A stretch of DNA of 61,925 nucleotides, the filler included, from Coriobacteriales bacterium (GTDB taxonomy: Bacteria; Actinomycetota; Coriobacteriia; Coriobacteriales; UBA8131): NCBI GenBank assembly GCA_031263105.1. It is 6 parts of 6 records of this genome, joined end to end, with 100 filler letters (N's around TTAATTAATTAA, not from the genome) between each part and the next. Parts side by side here need not be neighbours in the genome. Positions count along the whole stretch, not along the records: positions 46,809 to 51,932 come from JAISGJ010000064.1; positions 52,033 to 61,925 come from JAISGJ010000132.1; 4 more parts are not named here. One strand, 5' to 3'. The translations under genes and the position numbers were made by a program. Positions 49,310 to 57,800 of the stretch are shown here, one piece after another; the first letter of the stretch is position 1, and each line of letters begins with the position of its first letter. Below the pieces are notes generated by a model that saw nothing but the letters and a program-made list of their open reading frames with translations, did no database searches and was not told where the DNA came from.

Positions 49310-50080
49310 TTATTTCTTGATATACGTGTCAAGAATCTCCTGATACGTGCCATTGGCCTTGATGTTAGCAAGCCCCGCATCGAACTTCTGGAGGAGTTCG
49401 GCATTCTGGCCCTTCTGCACAGCGAAGCCGTAGGACGACCCGCGCTCCATCTCGGTGACGATCTTAAGGCCGACATCCTGAGAGATGGCGTAGCCTAGGA
49501 CGGGGTAGTCCTCGAAGCAGGCCTGTGAGTTGCCTGCCACAACGTCCTCATACATCATGGCGGAATCTTTGAACGACACGGTCTCGAAGCCGTACTCATC
49601 CTTGATGCTGTTGGCGAAGGTCTCGCCCTCGGTGGCTATCTTCACAGCGACCTTCTTGCCAGCCAAGCCCTCATAGCCCTTGATGTCGTTGTCCGAGGCC
49701 CCTATTCCCATCACGACACCGGAATCGAAGTAGGGCGCGGAGAAGTCGAAGACCTCCTTGCGCTCGTCATTGATGCTCATCCCGGCAATGACGCCGTCCG
49801 CCTGACCGGACGTCACCGCCTGCAGGGCCGCATCGAAGCCCACGGAGTTGACCGTGTATTCGAACCCCTGGTCTTTGGCGACCGCCGCCAGAATGTCCAT
49901 GTCGATGCCCACGAAGTCCCCGTTGGCCTCCGTGAACTCGAAGGGCGGAAACGTCGTGTCGGTGGCGATGGTGTAGACCTTGCTCGCAGGCGGCGCACTC
50001 GAACAGGCTGCCAGCAGGGACAGGGGCACTGTCAGCGCCAGCACACAAACCATCGCGACGATCCTCTTGCTCGTCTTCAT
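49310..50080 (-). CDS. Polar amino-acid ABC substrate-binding lipoprotein
   Basis: Lipobox LAAC, DTTFPPFEF, GIDMDI, ERKEVFDFSAPY. Confidence 0.93.
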   Translation of the reverse strand: MKTSKRIVAMVCVLALTVPLSLLAACSSAPPASKVYTIATDTTFPPFEFTEANGDFVGIDMDILAAVAKDQGFEYTVNSVGFDAALQAVTSGQADGVIAGMSINDERKEVFDFSAPYFDSGVVMGIGASDNDIKGYEGLAGKKVAVKIATEGETFANSIKDEYGFETVSFKDSAMMYEDVVAGNSQACFEDYPVLGYAISQDVGLKIVTEMERGSSYGFAVQKGQNAELLQKFDAGLANIKANGTYQEILDTYIKK

Positions 50081-50217
50081 GACTTCCTACCTTCCTTTCG
50101 CAGTATTTCCTTGAACGGATACTTCGGGATAAAACCTAACAGCTCCCTCTTGCTACCATTTTACACGTACCTTACGAAAACCAGAATACCTTGACCAAGA
50201 ATCGGTGCCCGGAGCTT

Positions 50218-50274
50218 TACGCACACCCGATGAATGACTACAATGAGTACACGTATTCACTGTCTGACAGGAGC
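50218..50274 (+). repeat. Left copy of 57-bp direct repeat flanking the TA cluster
   Basis: 44/57 identical, ungapped, to 51679-51735; shared ATTCACTGTCTGACAG. Confidence 0.8.
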
Positions 50275-50279
50275 TACGT

Positions 50280-50507
50280 ATGCCTACTTCGATACGGCTC
50301 GACAAAGAAACAGAAGAGCGGCTCGCCCAGCTCTCCGCCAACACCGGTCGCTCCCGCGCCTTTTATCTACGTGAGGCGATAGAGTCCTCCCTGCCACGAC
50401 TGGAGTGGGAATACGACCTGCTACAGCGGGTTCATGCCGTTCGCTCCGGGAAAGCTGAGACCCGTTCATTGTCCGAGGTAAGGGCAGACCTTGACTTGGG
50501 CGATTAG
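50280..50507 (+). CDS. RHH antitoxin (RelB/CopG-like)
   Basis: MPTSIRLDKETEERLAQLSANTGRSRAFYLREAIE; overlaps the toxin. Confidence 0.88.
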   Translation: MPTSIRLDKETEERLAQLSANTGRSRAFYLREAIESSLPRLEWEYDLLQRVHAVRSGKAETRSLSEVRADLDLGD

Positions 50508-50754
50508 ATTCGACGAAGTTGCCCAAAAGCAACTGAAGAAGCTCGACAAAGAGGATGCACGAAGAATAGTAGACTACCTTGAAGACCTGTCTGGACTTGA
50601 AGATGTCCTCGTGCGCGGCAAAGCCCTGACCGGCAACCTTGCTGGCCTATGGAGGTACCGTGTAGGCGATTACCGTATCATCTGCGACGTGCATGCCAAA
50701 GAGGTCACCATCTATGTCGTTGAGGTCGGCCATCGGAAGGACATCTACGACTAA
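50491..50754 (+). CDS. RelE/ParE family toxin
   Basis: AQKQLKKLD, GKALTGNLAGLWRYRVGDYRII, VGHRKDIY. Confidence 0.93.
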   Translation: MTWAIRFDEVAQKQLKKLDKEDARRIVDYLEDLSGLEDVLVRGKALTGNLAGLWRYRVGDYRIICDVHAKEVTIYVVEVGHRKDIYD

Positions 50755-50905
50755 CGGCGCAATCTATATATTCCACGCGATGGCTCCCCCGTCGCACAAA
50801 ACACTTCAAGAACTTGGACTGATAGATCAAAGGAGAGCATATGGGCATAAAACTAAGAACGGTGTCGAGCTTACCGACGAGATGATGGAGCAGATCGCTG
50901 CTACT
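50755..50905 (+). pseudogene. Remnant of a third toxin-antitoxin pair (toxin C-terminus and frameshifted antitoxin N-terminus)
   Basis: IFHAMAPPSHKTLQELGL followed by AAGGAG-ATG that is out of frame with HKTKNGVELTDEMMEQIA; family resemblance judged by eye. Confidence 0.5.
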
Positions 50906-50963
50906 AGACGACGACTTGGCCGCAACAGCCCGATCCTGACACAGGGAGCTGTGCGGCTTGAGG

Positions 50964-51365
50964 CTAAACGATATGAAGGTATTCCTTCAGGCCCTGCTGG
51001 AGGATCTGTGAGAACGGGGCGTTTGCCCTCTCGGCCTGGAAATTGAGCCATGCCGGTATCGACAGGGTCTTCTTTACGGCACGCGCGTCCGCACGCCTGC
51101 GATACTCGTCAGTGTCGGCCGCCACCATGCTTACCTGCACGTTGTCCCCAGCCCGCTGTGCCAAAATGCTGCTCGGGTCGGATGCCTCGGGGACGTCCTC
51201 GCCCTTGTTCTCTGCGTCCCAGAGCCACATCTCCATCGCGTCCTGGGCCATGTAAAGCGCGTCCGACCACGTCTCGCCGAACGTATGGGTTCCCGGAAGG
51301 TCGGGAACGCTGGCTAGAATCGCATCGCCCTCAATGGTGAAGACCACCGGATACACATAGCGCAT
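50964..51365 (-). CDS. hicB: HicB family antitoxin
   Basis: YVYPVVF..VPDLPGTHTFGET..A..MAQDA, AVKKTLSIPAWL, FSQILQ. Confidence 0.93.
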   Translation of the reverse strand: MRYVYPVVFTIEGDAILASVPDLPGTHTFGETWSDALYMAQDAMEMWLWDAENKGEDVPEASDPSSILAQRAGDNVQVSMVAADTDEYRRRADARAVKKTLSIPAWLNFQAERANAPFSQILQQGLKEYLHIV

Positions 51366-51384
51366 TGGGCACCTCCATCGCAGG

Positions 51385-51567
51385 TCATTTCAGGCCTGCA
51401 TCTCTGAGTATCGAGTTCGCCGTGCCGACCGGGATGTCTCCACGGTGCCGTGGGATGGAAATCTTCACGCCGGGGCGCTGAGAGTTCGTTGCCTGGTCAT
51501 GCGATCCTGCATGCGCGATCTTCCAACCCGCTTTCCGCAACAAGCGCTTTAGTTCCTGTTCGGTCAC
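51385..51567 (-). CDS. hicA: HicA family toxin
   Basis: ELKRLLRKAGW..GSH..IPRHRGDIPVGTANSILRDAGLK; GGAGG RBS. Confidence 0.92.
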   Translation of the reverse strand: MTEQELKRLLRKAGWKIAHAGSHDQATNSQRPGVKISIPRHRGDIPVGTANSILRDAGLK

Positions 51568-51580
51568 TGAGTCCTCCGAA

Positions 51581-51609
51581 AGTATAGCACGTAATAATAC
51601 GTATTACAA
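51581..51609 (-). promoter_or_regulatory. hicAB promoter with overlapping palindromic operator
   Basis: TTGTAA-17 nt-TATACT; the spacer contains ACGTA-TTAT-TACGT. Confidence 0.7.
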
Positions 51610-51678
51610 GACCTGAGCTTGGATTCACTGCATCGACTTAACATGCGGTATAAAATATTATAGCATAGTATAAACATG

Positions 51679-51735
51679 TACGCGTATCCAATGAACGACG
51701 ACACCGAATACGCACATTCACTGTCTGACAGAAGC
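51679..51735 (+). repeat. Right copy of 57-bp direct repeat flanking the TA cluster
   Basis: 44/57 identical to 50218-50274. Confidence 0.8.
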
Positions 51736-51932
51736 CGGACACCTACGCCGTCTCTTTCCAATGATGTGCCCGCATGCCTTTCTCTCATGGAGATCGCGCT
51801 CGCATTAGGGGTCAGCGCGGCGCAGCTTCGCTGCTTGTCGGAGCGACGCTCCGTTCGCTTTCGCTCACTGCGCTAGGGCGGCGTGCCGCCGCCCTGAACC
51901 AGCCCGGGGGGGGGGGGGGGGGGGGGGGGGGG

Positions 51933-52032
51933 NNNNNNNNNNNNNNNNNNNNNNNNNNNNNNNNNNNNNNNNNNNNTTAATTAATTAANNNNNNNNNNNN
52001 NNNNNNNNNNNNNNNNNNNNNNNNNNNNNNNN
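51933..52032. other. Artificial contig linker
   Basis: N/TTAATTAATTAA/N, 100 nt. Confidence 0.98.
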
Positions 52033-52126
52033 GGGCGGGGCGGGGGGGGGGGGGGGGGGGGCGGCGGGGGGGGGGGGGGGGGCGGGGGGCGGGGGGGGGG
52101 GGGGGGGGGGGCGTCCCCCTGCCCCC

Positions 52127-53209
52127 TCATGAGGTGACGAGGTAGATGCGGGAAGGGGGTATCTCGATGAGGACGGAGGCGCCGCAGGCCGCAGGGTAGG
52201 CGGACGAGCACAAAGGGGACGGCGGCTCGGCGAGGGACTTGTCGAAGCGCCATTGCAGCTGCTGTGCGGCCGCAGCGGAGGGCTGGAGCAGGGCGGTGCG
52301 CTCGAAGCGCGAGTCGACGATGCGGCGCACCCGGGCCTCGAAGCTGTTGGGCGCGCCCGGGGCGGCCGACCTGATGAAGGCCGCACGGACTCCGAGGAAC
52401 GCAACGTCGTCGGGCACCGGGGCCTCGGTCTCCAGGGTGATGCCCCAGTCAAGGGCCTCCACCCGATGGTCTCCCCGTTTGCATGCCGCAGAGATGTTCT
52501 TGACCCCTGAGACCCTCATCGTCGCGTAGGTCGTCGGACGGTCGCGTATCTGCGCGGTGGGGGCGACCTCCCGCAGGCTGCCCTGGTCGATGACCGCGAT
52601 GCGGTCGCAGAAGCGGAAGGCCTCGTCGATGTCGTGCGACACGTAGACGATGCTGCCCTCGAAGCCGTCGAACAGGTCGAGGAGGTCGTATTCGAGCGAG
52701 GCCTTGAGATGCGAGTCGAGCGCGGAGAAGGGCTCGTCGAGCATGAGGATGGCCGGGTTTGCGACGAGCATGCGCGCCAGTGCGACGCGCTGCTGCTGGC
52801 CGCCGGACAGCCGGATGGGGTAGCGGCTGCCGAAGCCCTTGAGCCCGAAGCGCAAGAGCTGCTCCGACACGATGGCGTGAAGTTCCGCCTTGGGCGTTCT
52901 GCGGGGGATGCCGGCCGCGATGTTCTCTGCGACGGTGAGATGGGGAAAGAGCATGTAGCTCTGGAAGAGCAGGGCCGTCTTGCGCTGCTGCGCCGTGAGG
53001 TCGATGCCCTGAGCGGAGTCGAAGAAGGTTCTGCCCGCAACGACGATGCGCCCTTCGTCCGGCCGCTCGAGGCCGGCGATGCAGCGCAGCGTGAGGCTCT
53101 TGCCGCAGCCGGACGCGCCCAGCAGCCCCAGGGTCTCGTTGCCCGCCTCGAAGCGCACGTCGAGCCTGAAGGTCGGAAGCTCCTTGCGGATGTCGACGAC
53201 GAGGCTCAT
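52127..53209 (-). CDS. modC: Molybdate ABC transporter ATP-binding protein
   Basis: [41 protein letters not shown]; follows modB. Confidence 0.88.
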   Translation of the reverse strand: MSLVVDIRKELPTFRLDVRFEAGNETLGLLGASGCGKSLTLRCIAGLERPDEGRIVVAGRTFFDSAQGIDLTAQQRKTALLFQSYMLFPHLTVAENIAAGIPRRTPKAELHAIVSEQLLRFGLKGFGSRYPIRLSGGQQQRVALARMLVANPAILMLDEPFSALDSHLKASLEYDLLDLFDGFEGSIVYVSHDIDEAFRFCDRIAVIDQGSLREVAPTAQIRDRPTTYATMRVSGVKNISAACKRGDHRVEALDWGITLETEAPVPDDVAFLGVRAAFIRSAAPGAPNSFEARVRRIVDSRFERTALLQPSAAAAQQLQWRFDKSLAEPPSPLCSSAYPAACGASVLIEIPPSRIYLVTS

Positions 53210-54792
53210 AGGCCGCCTCCGCTGCCGATGCCGCCGCCTGCCGCGCCGCCCGCGCCCGCCGCGCCCGTAGGGGACGGCGTCCCCGACGTCCCGCCACCTC
53301 CGCCCGCGCCCGCCGCGCCGCTGCCGCCCGCGCCGGAGGCGAAGGGAGGCAACCCGCCGTCCTCCACATCCGAGCCCGCGCGGCGGTAGCGCTGCGTGTG
53401 GGACGCGTACCAGTTGACGAACAGGATGACCACGAACGAGAACAGGATGACCACGAGGACCCAGAAGGTCGCCACGTCGGAATGGCCGCCCATCCATTCG
53501 AAGTAGATGGCGATGGGCATGGTCTGCGTGACGCCGGGGTAGTTGCCGGCGACGAACAGCGTGGCGCCGAACTCCCCCATCGCGCGCGCGAAGGCGAGCA
53601 CGGTGCCTGCCGCGATGGAGGGCCAGGACAAGGGCATCGTAAGGCTGAGGAAGATGCGCCGCTCGCTCCATCCGAGCGTGCGGGCCGCGTCGCCCAAGGA
53701 GGGGTCGAGGCCCTCGAAGGCGCCCCGGGCCGTGCGGTACATGAGGGGGAACGACACCACGACGGCGGCGAGGACGGCGGCCGGCCAGCTGAAGATGAGC
53801 TCGATGCCGTGGCCGAGGAGCCAGCGCCCCACCGGCGTGGAGTTGCCGAACAGCACCAGCAGAAGGAAGCCGCAGACCGTCGGCGGCAGGACGAGGGGGA
53901 TGGTGAGGACGGAGTCCAGCACGCCCTTCAGGCGGGTGCTGATGCGTTGCGAGTACCAGGCCGCGAGCAGGCCGAGCACGAAGACGAAGAGCATGGCCAC
54001 CGCCGAGGTGCGCAGCGACACCCAGAAGGGCCGCAGGTCGAGAGAGAACAGGAACTCCCCGAAGGCGGCGAGGCCCGTGGGGGCCTCCTCGATGGAGACG
54101 CTCCCGGCATCGACGATACGGCCGGTCTCGCCGAACAGCGCCCCTGCGCTGTCGTCTGCGGCCCCTTCCCCGGTGACGGTCGTGTACCAGTAGCCCGGCT
54201 CGACCTCGACGGCGAAGTCGTAACGGTAGCCGTCCCGCCGCACCGAGCGCTCGGAGGTGTACTCGTAGGCCCTGTCCGTGTCCGCGAGCATGACGCCGCC
54301 GTTGGACATCTGGGCGTCGAGGGCCGCAAGCATCGCCTCGAAGCCCGCGCGGGCGGCCGCCCCCTCCAGCGCCGCACCGTCGCGCACGGGGAGGTAGACC
54401 AGGACGTTGCGCTCGTCCCTGACGACGACGGCGAAGGCGTCCTGGGAGGCCATCTGGTAGCGGTAGCCGAAGGAGCGCCCCTCGTACTCCTTGCCGGTGC
54501 CCTTGTTGAGGCGCATGAAGCCGCTCAGGGCGAAGGAGGAGCCCTCCAGACGCGCCTCCGTGCCGGTGCGTGAGACCTCCGGGACGCCCACCGCGCCCGG
54601 GACGTCCGCCACATCCGGGACGTCCGCCGCCGCCGCGTCCTCGTCGGCCCCGGCGGCAAAGGCGGCCCCTGCGACAAGGGACGGCAGGAGCAAAAGGCAG
54701 ATCGCCACGAGAAGGACAGGGCGCGCGCACCAAGCGAATCGGTGCTTCCCCGTTCCTGCCCTGCGCGCTCTGTCCCTGACCCCTGCCGTCAC
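53206..54792 (-). CDS. modB: Molybdate ABC permease with ~240-aa N-terminal extracytoplasmic extension
   Basis: PLVLPPTVCGF, FPLMYRTARGAFE, FARAMGEFGAT, TQTMPIAIY. Confidence 0.88.
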   Translation of the reverse strand: MTAGVRDRARRAGTGKHRFAWCARPVLLVAICLLLLPSLVAGAAFAAGADEDAAAADVPDVADVPGAVGVPEVSRTGTEARLEGSSFALSGFMRLNKGTGKEYEGRSFGYRYQMASQDAFAVVVRDERNVLVYLPVRDGAALEGAAARAGFEAMLAALDAQMSNGGVMLADTDRAYEYTSERSVRRDGYRYDFAVEVEPGYWYTTVTGEGAADDSAGALFGETGRIVDAGSVSIEEAPTGLAAFGEFLFSLDLRPFWVSLRTSAVAMLFVFVLGLLAAWYSQRISTRLKGVLDSVLTIPLVLPPTVCGFLLLVLFGNSTPVGRWLLGHGIELIFSWPAAVLAAVVVSFPLMYRTARGAFEGLDPSLGDAARTLGWSERRIFLSLTMPLSWPSIAAGTVLAFARAMGEFGATLFVAGNYPGVTQTMPIAIYFEWMGGHSDVATFWVLVVILFSFVVILFVNWYASHTQRYRRAGSDVEDGGLPPFASGAGGSGAAGAGGGGGTSGTPSPTGAAGAGGAAGGGIGSGGGL

Positions 54793-54825
54793 ACGTCACA
54801 CGCCCAAGGAAGCGCCGTGCGCTCC

Positions 54826-55746
54826 CTACAGCACCTCGAAGCCGTACTGCGACCAGACGGCCTGCGCGCCGGGATCGGTCATGCAGAAGACGAGGAAGTC
54901 GTCCGCGACGTCGCCGTGCTCCGATGCCTGGAGCGCCGCGCCCGGGTACACGATGTCCTTGTGCGCGTCGGCGGGCACCGTGAAGGCGGCCTCGATGCCG
55001 TCGTAGCGGTAGATGTCGCTCGTGTAGACGAAGCCTATCTGGCAGTCGCCCGTCGCCACGTAGTTCGCGGCGGTGCCGACCTTGTCGGCCAGCACGACCT
55101 TGCCCTCGATGGCGGCGTCGTATGCGCCGTCCTTGCCGCTCTCGTCCGAGTACAGCCCGATGCTGTTGAGCGCCTGGTTGGCGTACTGGCCGGCGGGGAC
55201 GGTGGCGGCGTCGCCTATGGCTATCTTGGAGAAGGCGTCGGAACGCACATCCTCGAGCGACGAGAAGGCGATGTCCGAGCCCTTGGCCCTCACGACGACG
55301 AGGTCGTTGGCGAACATGTCGATGCGGCTGCCCTCGGCGATGGCGCCCTGCTCAGAGGCCGTGTCCATGCTGCCCTTGGACGCGGTGATGAGCAGGTCGG
55401 CCTGAGCGCCCGCCCCTATCTGCTCCACGAGGTCGCCGGAGGCCTTGAACTGCGTCTCGGCGAAGGTCACCTCGGGGTGCGCCTCGGTGTAGAGCGCCTG
55501 CACCTCGGGCAGTGCCTTCTCAAGCGAGTTGGCGGCGAATATCTGGAGCTCGACCTCGGCGGCGGGCTCGTCGGCGGGCTCGTCGGCGGGCTCCTGCGCG
55601 GCAGGCGTCCCCGTGGCGGACGGCGGGGCCGAGGCCTCGTCCTTCGGCTCGGGCTGAGCGCCGCAGGCGGCGAGCGCGAACACGAGCGGGAACGCGCACA
55701 GCGCGGCGGCGATGCCCTTCAGTGCTGCAAGCTTCTTCTTCCTCAT
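54826..55746 (-). CDS. modA: Molybdate-binding lipoprotein
   Basis: LAAC lipobox, FAANSL, ASGDL, VPAGQYA, GFVYTSD, IVYP. Confidence 0.92.
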   Translation of the reverse strand: MRKKKLAALKGIAAALCAFPLVFALAACGAQPEPKDEASAPPSATGTPAAQEPADEPADEPAAEVELQIFAANSLEKALPEVQALYTEAHPEVTFAETQFKASGDLVEQIGAGAQADLLITASKGSMDTASEQGAIAEGSRIDMFANDLVVVRAKGSDIAFSSLEDVRSDAFSKIAIGDAATVPAGQYANQALNSIGLYSDESGKDGAYDAAIEGKVVLADKVGTAANYVATGDCQIGFVYTSDIYRYDGIEAAFTVPADAHKDIVYPGAALQASEHGDVADDFLVFCMTDPGAQAVWSQYGFEVL

Positions 55747-55882
55747 GCTTCTCTCCTTTTCTTCTTCCTGGATTTATTGTCCCAATTCCAGGATAGTCCC
55801 GTACAACAGGAGAAAGCCTATACCTCCTTGAGAATGCTGTCAAACAACAGTCCGCCCGCTGACGCCCCGACAACGCCCCGAC

Positions 55883-56113
55883 GTTACTGAGGTCACACCC
55901 CCGCTGTCTACTGGCCACACCTCCACGGACAGCTCACTGTCATTCCGAGCCCCACTGTCATTCCGAGCCTGCCGAGGAATCTTCGACCGCGCCCGCGGTC
56001 GACCACAGGTCGAAGGGGCCCCCGACCCAAAGATTCCTCGGCAGGCTCGGAATGACAGTGGGGCTCGGAATGACAGTGGGGCTCGGAATGACAGTGGGGG
56101 TGTGACCAGTAAC
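55883..56113. mobile_element. Nested palindromic element, complete copy, core type C
   Basis: GTTACTGAGGTCACACCC...GGGTGTGACCAGTAAC; tandem CACTGTCATTCCGAGCCC units; GCCCCGACAACGCCC on both flanks (55864-55878, 56114-56128). Confidence 0.85.
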
Positions 56114-56127
56114 GCCCCGACAACGCC

Positions 56128-56490
56128 CTATGCGGCAGCGAGCGCCTGCTTGGCGACCTCCGCAAGCTGGGCGAAGGCGACCGCGTCGTTGACGGCGATG
56201 TCCGCCAGGACCTTGCGGTCGAGCTGGACGCCCGCCTTCTTGAGGCCGTTCATGAACACCGAGTAGGACATCCCGTTGAGGTGGGCGGCCGCGTTGATGC
56301 GCGTGATCCACAGACGGCGGATGACGCGCTTCTTGTTGCGGCGGTCCCGGTAGGCGTATTGCAGGGAATGCTGCACCTGCTCCTTGGCGGCGCGGTAGGA
56401 CCGCGACTTCGCCCCGTAATAGCCCTTCGCCCGTGCAAGGACCACCCGGCGCTTCTTCTTTGCTGCAACTGAGCGCTTGACGCGTGACAT
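56128..56490 (-). CDS. rplT: 50S ribosomal protein L20
   Basis: [42 protein letters not shown]. Confidence 0.98.
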   Translation of the reverse strand: MSRVKRSVAAKKKRRVVLARAKGYYGAKSRSYRAAKEQVQHSLQYAYRDRRNKKRVIRRLWITRINAAAHLNGMSYSVFMNGLKKAGVQLDRKVLADIAVNDAVAFAQLAEVAKQALAAA

Positions 56491-56504
56491 ATCGAATCAC
56501 TCCC

Positions 56505-56702
56505 TTACCGTAGACCGAGGTTGCGTGCGATGACCTTGTAGTCCGAGGTCGCCACCTCGGACTCGTGGCGGAAGTTGCGCTTGCGCTTCTGCGACTTCTT
56601 CTCAAGGATATGGCTCTTGTACGCCTTCGCCCGCATGATCTTCCCGGATCCCGTCACCCGGAAGCGCTTGGCGGAGCCACGATGGGTCTTCATCTTAGGC
56701 AT
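56505..56702 (-). CDS. rpmI: 50S ribosomal protein L35
   Basis: [21 protein letters not shown]. Confidence 0.98.
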   Translation of the reverse strand: MPKMKTHRGSAKRFRVTGSGKIMRAKAYKSHILEKKSQKRKRNFRHESEVATSDYKVIARNLGLR

Positions 56703-57234
56703 TACCTGTCTCCTTTTCCTTCTTCTTGACAGGGGCGATCAACATGAACATGTTGCGTCCCTCCATCTTCGGCTGGTTCTCGATGACCGCCTCGTCCTTC
56801 AGCTCGCCGGAGAGCCTCTCAAGGATGTTAAGCCCTATCTCCGGGTGCGCCATCTCGCGGCCGCGGAACATGATGGTCACCTTGACCTTCGAGCCCATCC
56901 CCAAAAAGCGCATGATGTGCTTCTTCTTGGTCTCGTAGTCGCCCACGTCGATCTTGGGCCTGAACTTCATCTCCTTGACCTCGACGCGCGTCTGGTTCTT
57001 GCGCGCCTGCTTGGCCTTCATCGCCTGGTCGTACTTGAACTTGCCGTAGTCCATGACCCTGCAGACGGAGGGCTGGGCGTCAGGGGCGATCTCCACAAGG
57101 TCGAGCCCCTGGTCGTCGGCGATGCGCTGTGCGTCGTCGATGGCGAAGATTCCAAGCTGCGATCCGTCGACGCCGATAAGACGGCATTTGTCGACCCTGA
57201 TCTCGTCGTTGAGCCGAGGCTCCTGTGTGCTTAT
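56695..57234 (-). CDS. infC: Translation initiation factor IF-3 (non-canonical ATA start)
   Basis: [56 protein letters not shown]. Confidence 0.96.
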   Translation of the reverse strand: MSTQEPRLNDEIRVDKCRLIGVDGSQLGIFAIDDAQRIADDQGLDLVEIAPDAQPSVCRVMDYGKFKYDQAMKAKQARKNQTRVEVKEMKFRPKIDVGDYETKKKHIMRFLGMGSKVKVTIMFRGREMAHPEIGLNILERLSGELKDEAVIENQPKMEGRNMFMLIAPVKKKEKETGNA

Positions 57235-57299
57235 AGTGTCACCTCCACAACCTTGAAGGGCACGTCGCCCGTGCGCGCCGCATGCGCCAGACGGGAACA

Positions 57300-57450
57300 G
57301 ACCGGCCCTTCCCAAACAAAAGACCCGTCGGCACAGGGCAGGCGGGTCACGGAAAACACAGGCTCCGGAGAAGGGCCTCTATCCTCTTGTATGACCAGAC
57401 AGCCGCCCAAGGCGCCGCAAGGTGGGGAGCAAACCTCCCGCTTCGTGCGT
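57300..57450 (-). promoter_or_regulatory. Probable structured infC-rpmI-rplT (L20-type) leader
   Basis: Long 5' UTR with GAAGCGGGAG..CTCCCCACC and a GACCCG..CGGGTC stem; judged from position and by eye only. Confidence 0.4.
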
Positions 57451-57553
57451 CAGGCGACCAAACGCCCACGCAAGAGGACATGGTACCACAACTCAAGGAA
57501 TCATGGGGAGAAAAGCGTCACACATGCATGCACGCGCACATCACAGGCGATGC

Positions 57554-57718
57554 GTTACTGTTCACGCCTCCACTGTCATCCCGAGCCTGCCGAGGGATCC
57601 TCGACCGCGCCAGCGGTCGACCGCAGGTCGAAGGGCCCTGCGACCTGCCGTTGGACACTGCGTGTCCAAGGATTCCTCGGCGGGGCTCGGAATGACAGTG
57701 GAGGGTGTGAACTGTAAC
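57554..57718. mobile_element. Nested palindromic element, complete minimal copy (165 bp), core type C
   Basis: GTTACTGTTCACGCC...GGGTGTGAACTGTAAC, flanked exactly by ATCACAGGCGATGC at 57540-57553 and 57719-57732; a decayed second left end follows at 57733-57770. Confidence 0.88.
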
Positions 57719-57800
57719 ATCACAGGCGATGCGTTACCGACAATATGTGTTCACACCCCCCACTGTCGCCTCGCTCCCAAGGCACGCCCGGCAACAGCAG

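Noticed and set aside
50191..50382. Small ORFs spanning the 57-bp repeats (YAHPMNDYNEYTYSLSDRS / YAYPMNDDTEYAHSLSDRS at 51676)
   Set aside because: The similarity is confined to the DNA repeat, one ORF overlaps the antitoxin, and there is no RBS support; treated as non-coding, though not excluded.
57232..57234. ATA start codon of infC as a novelty
   Set aside because: Non-canonical starts are the known IF-3 autoregulation mechanism.
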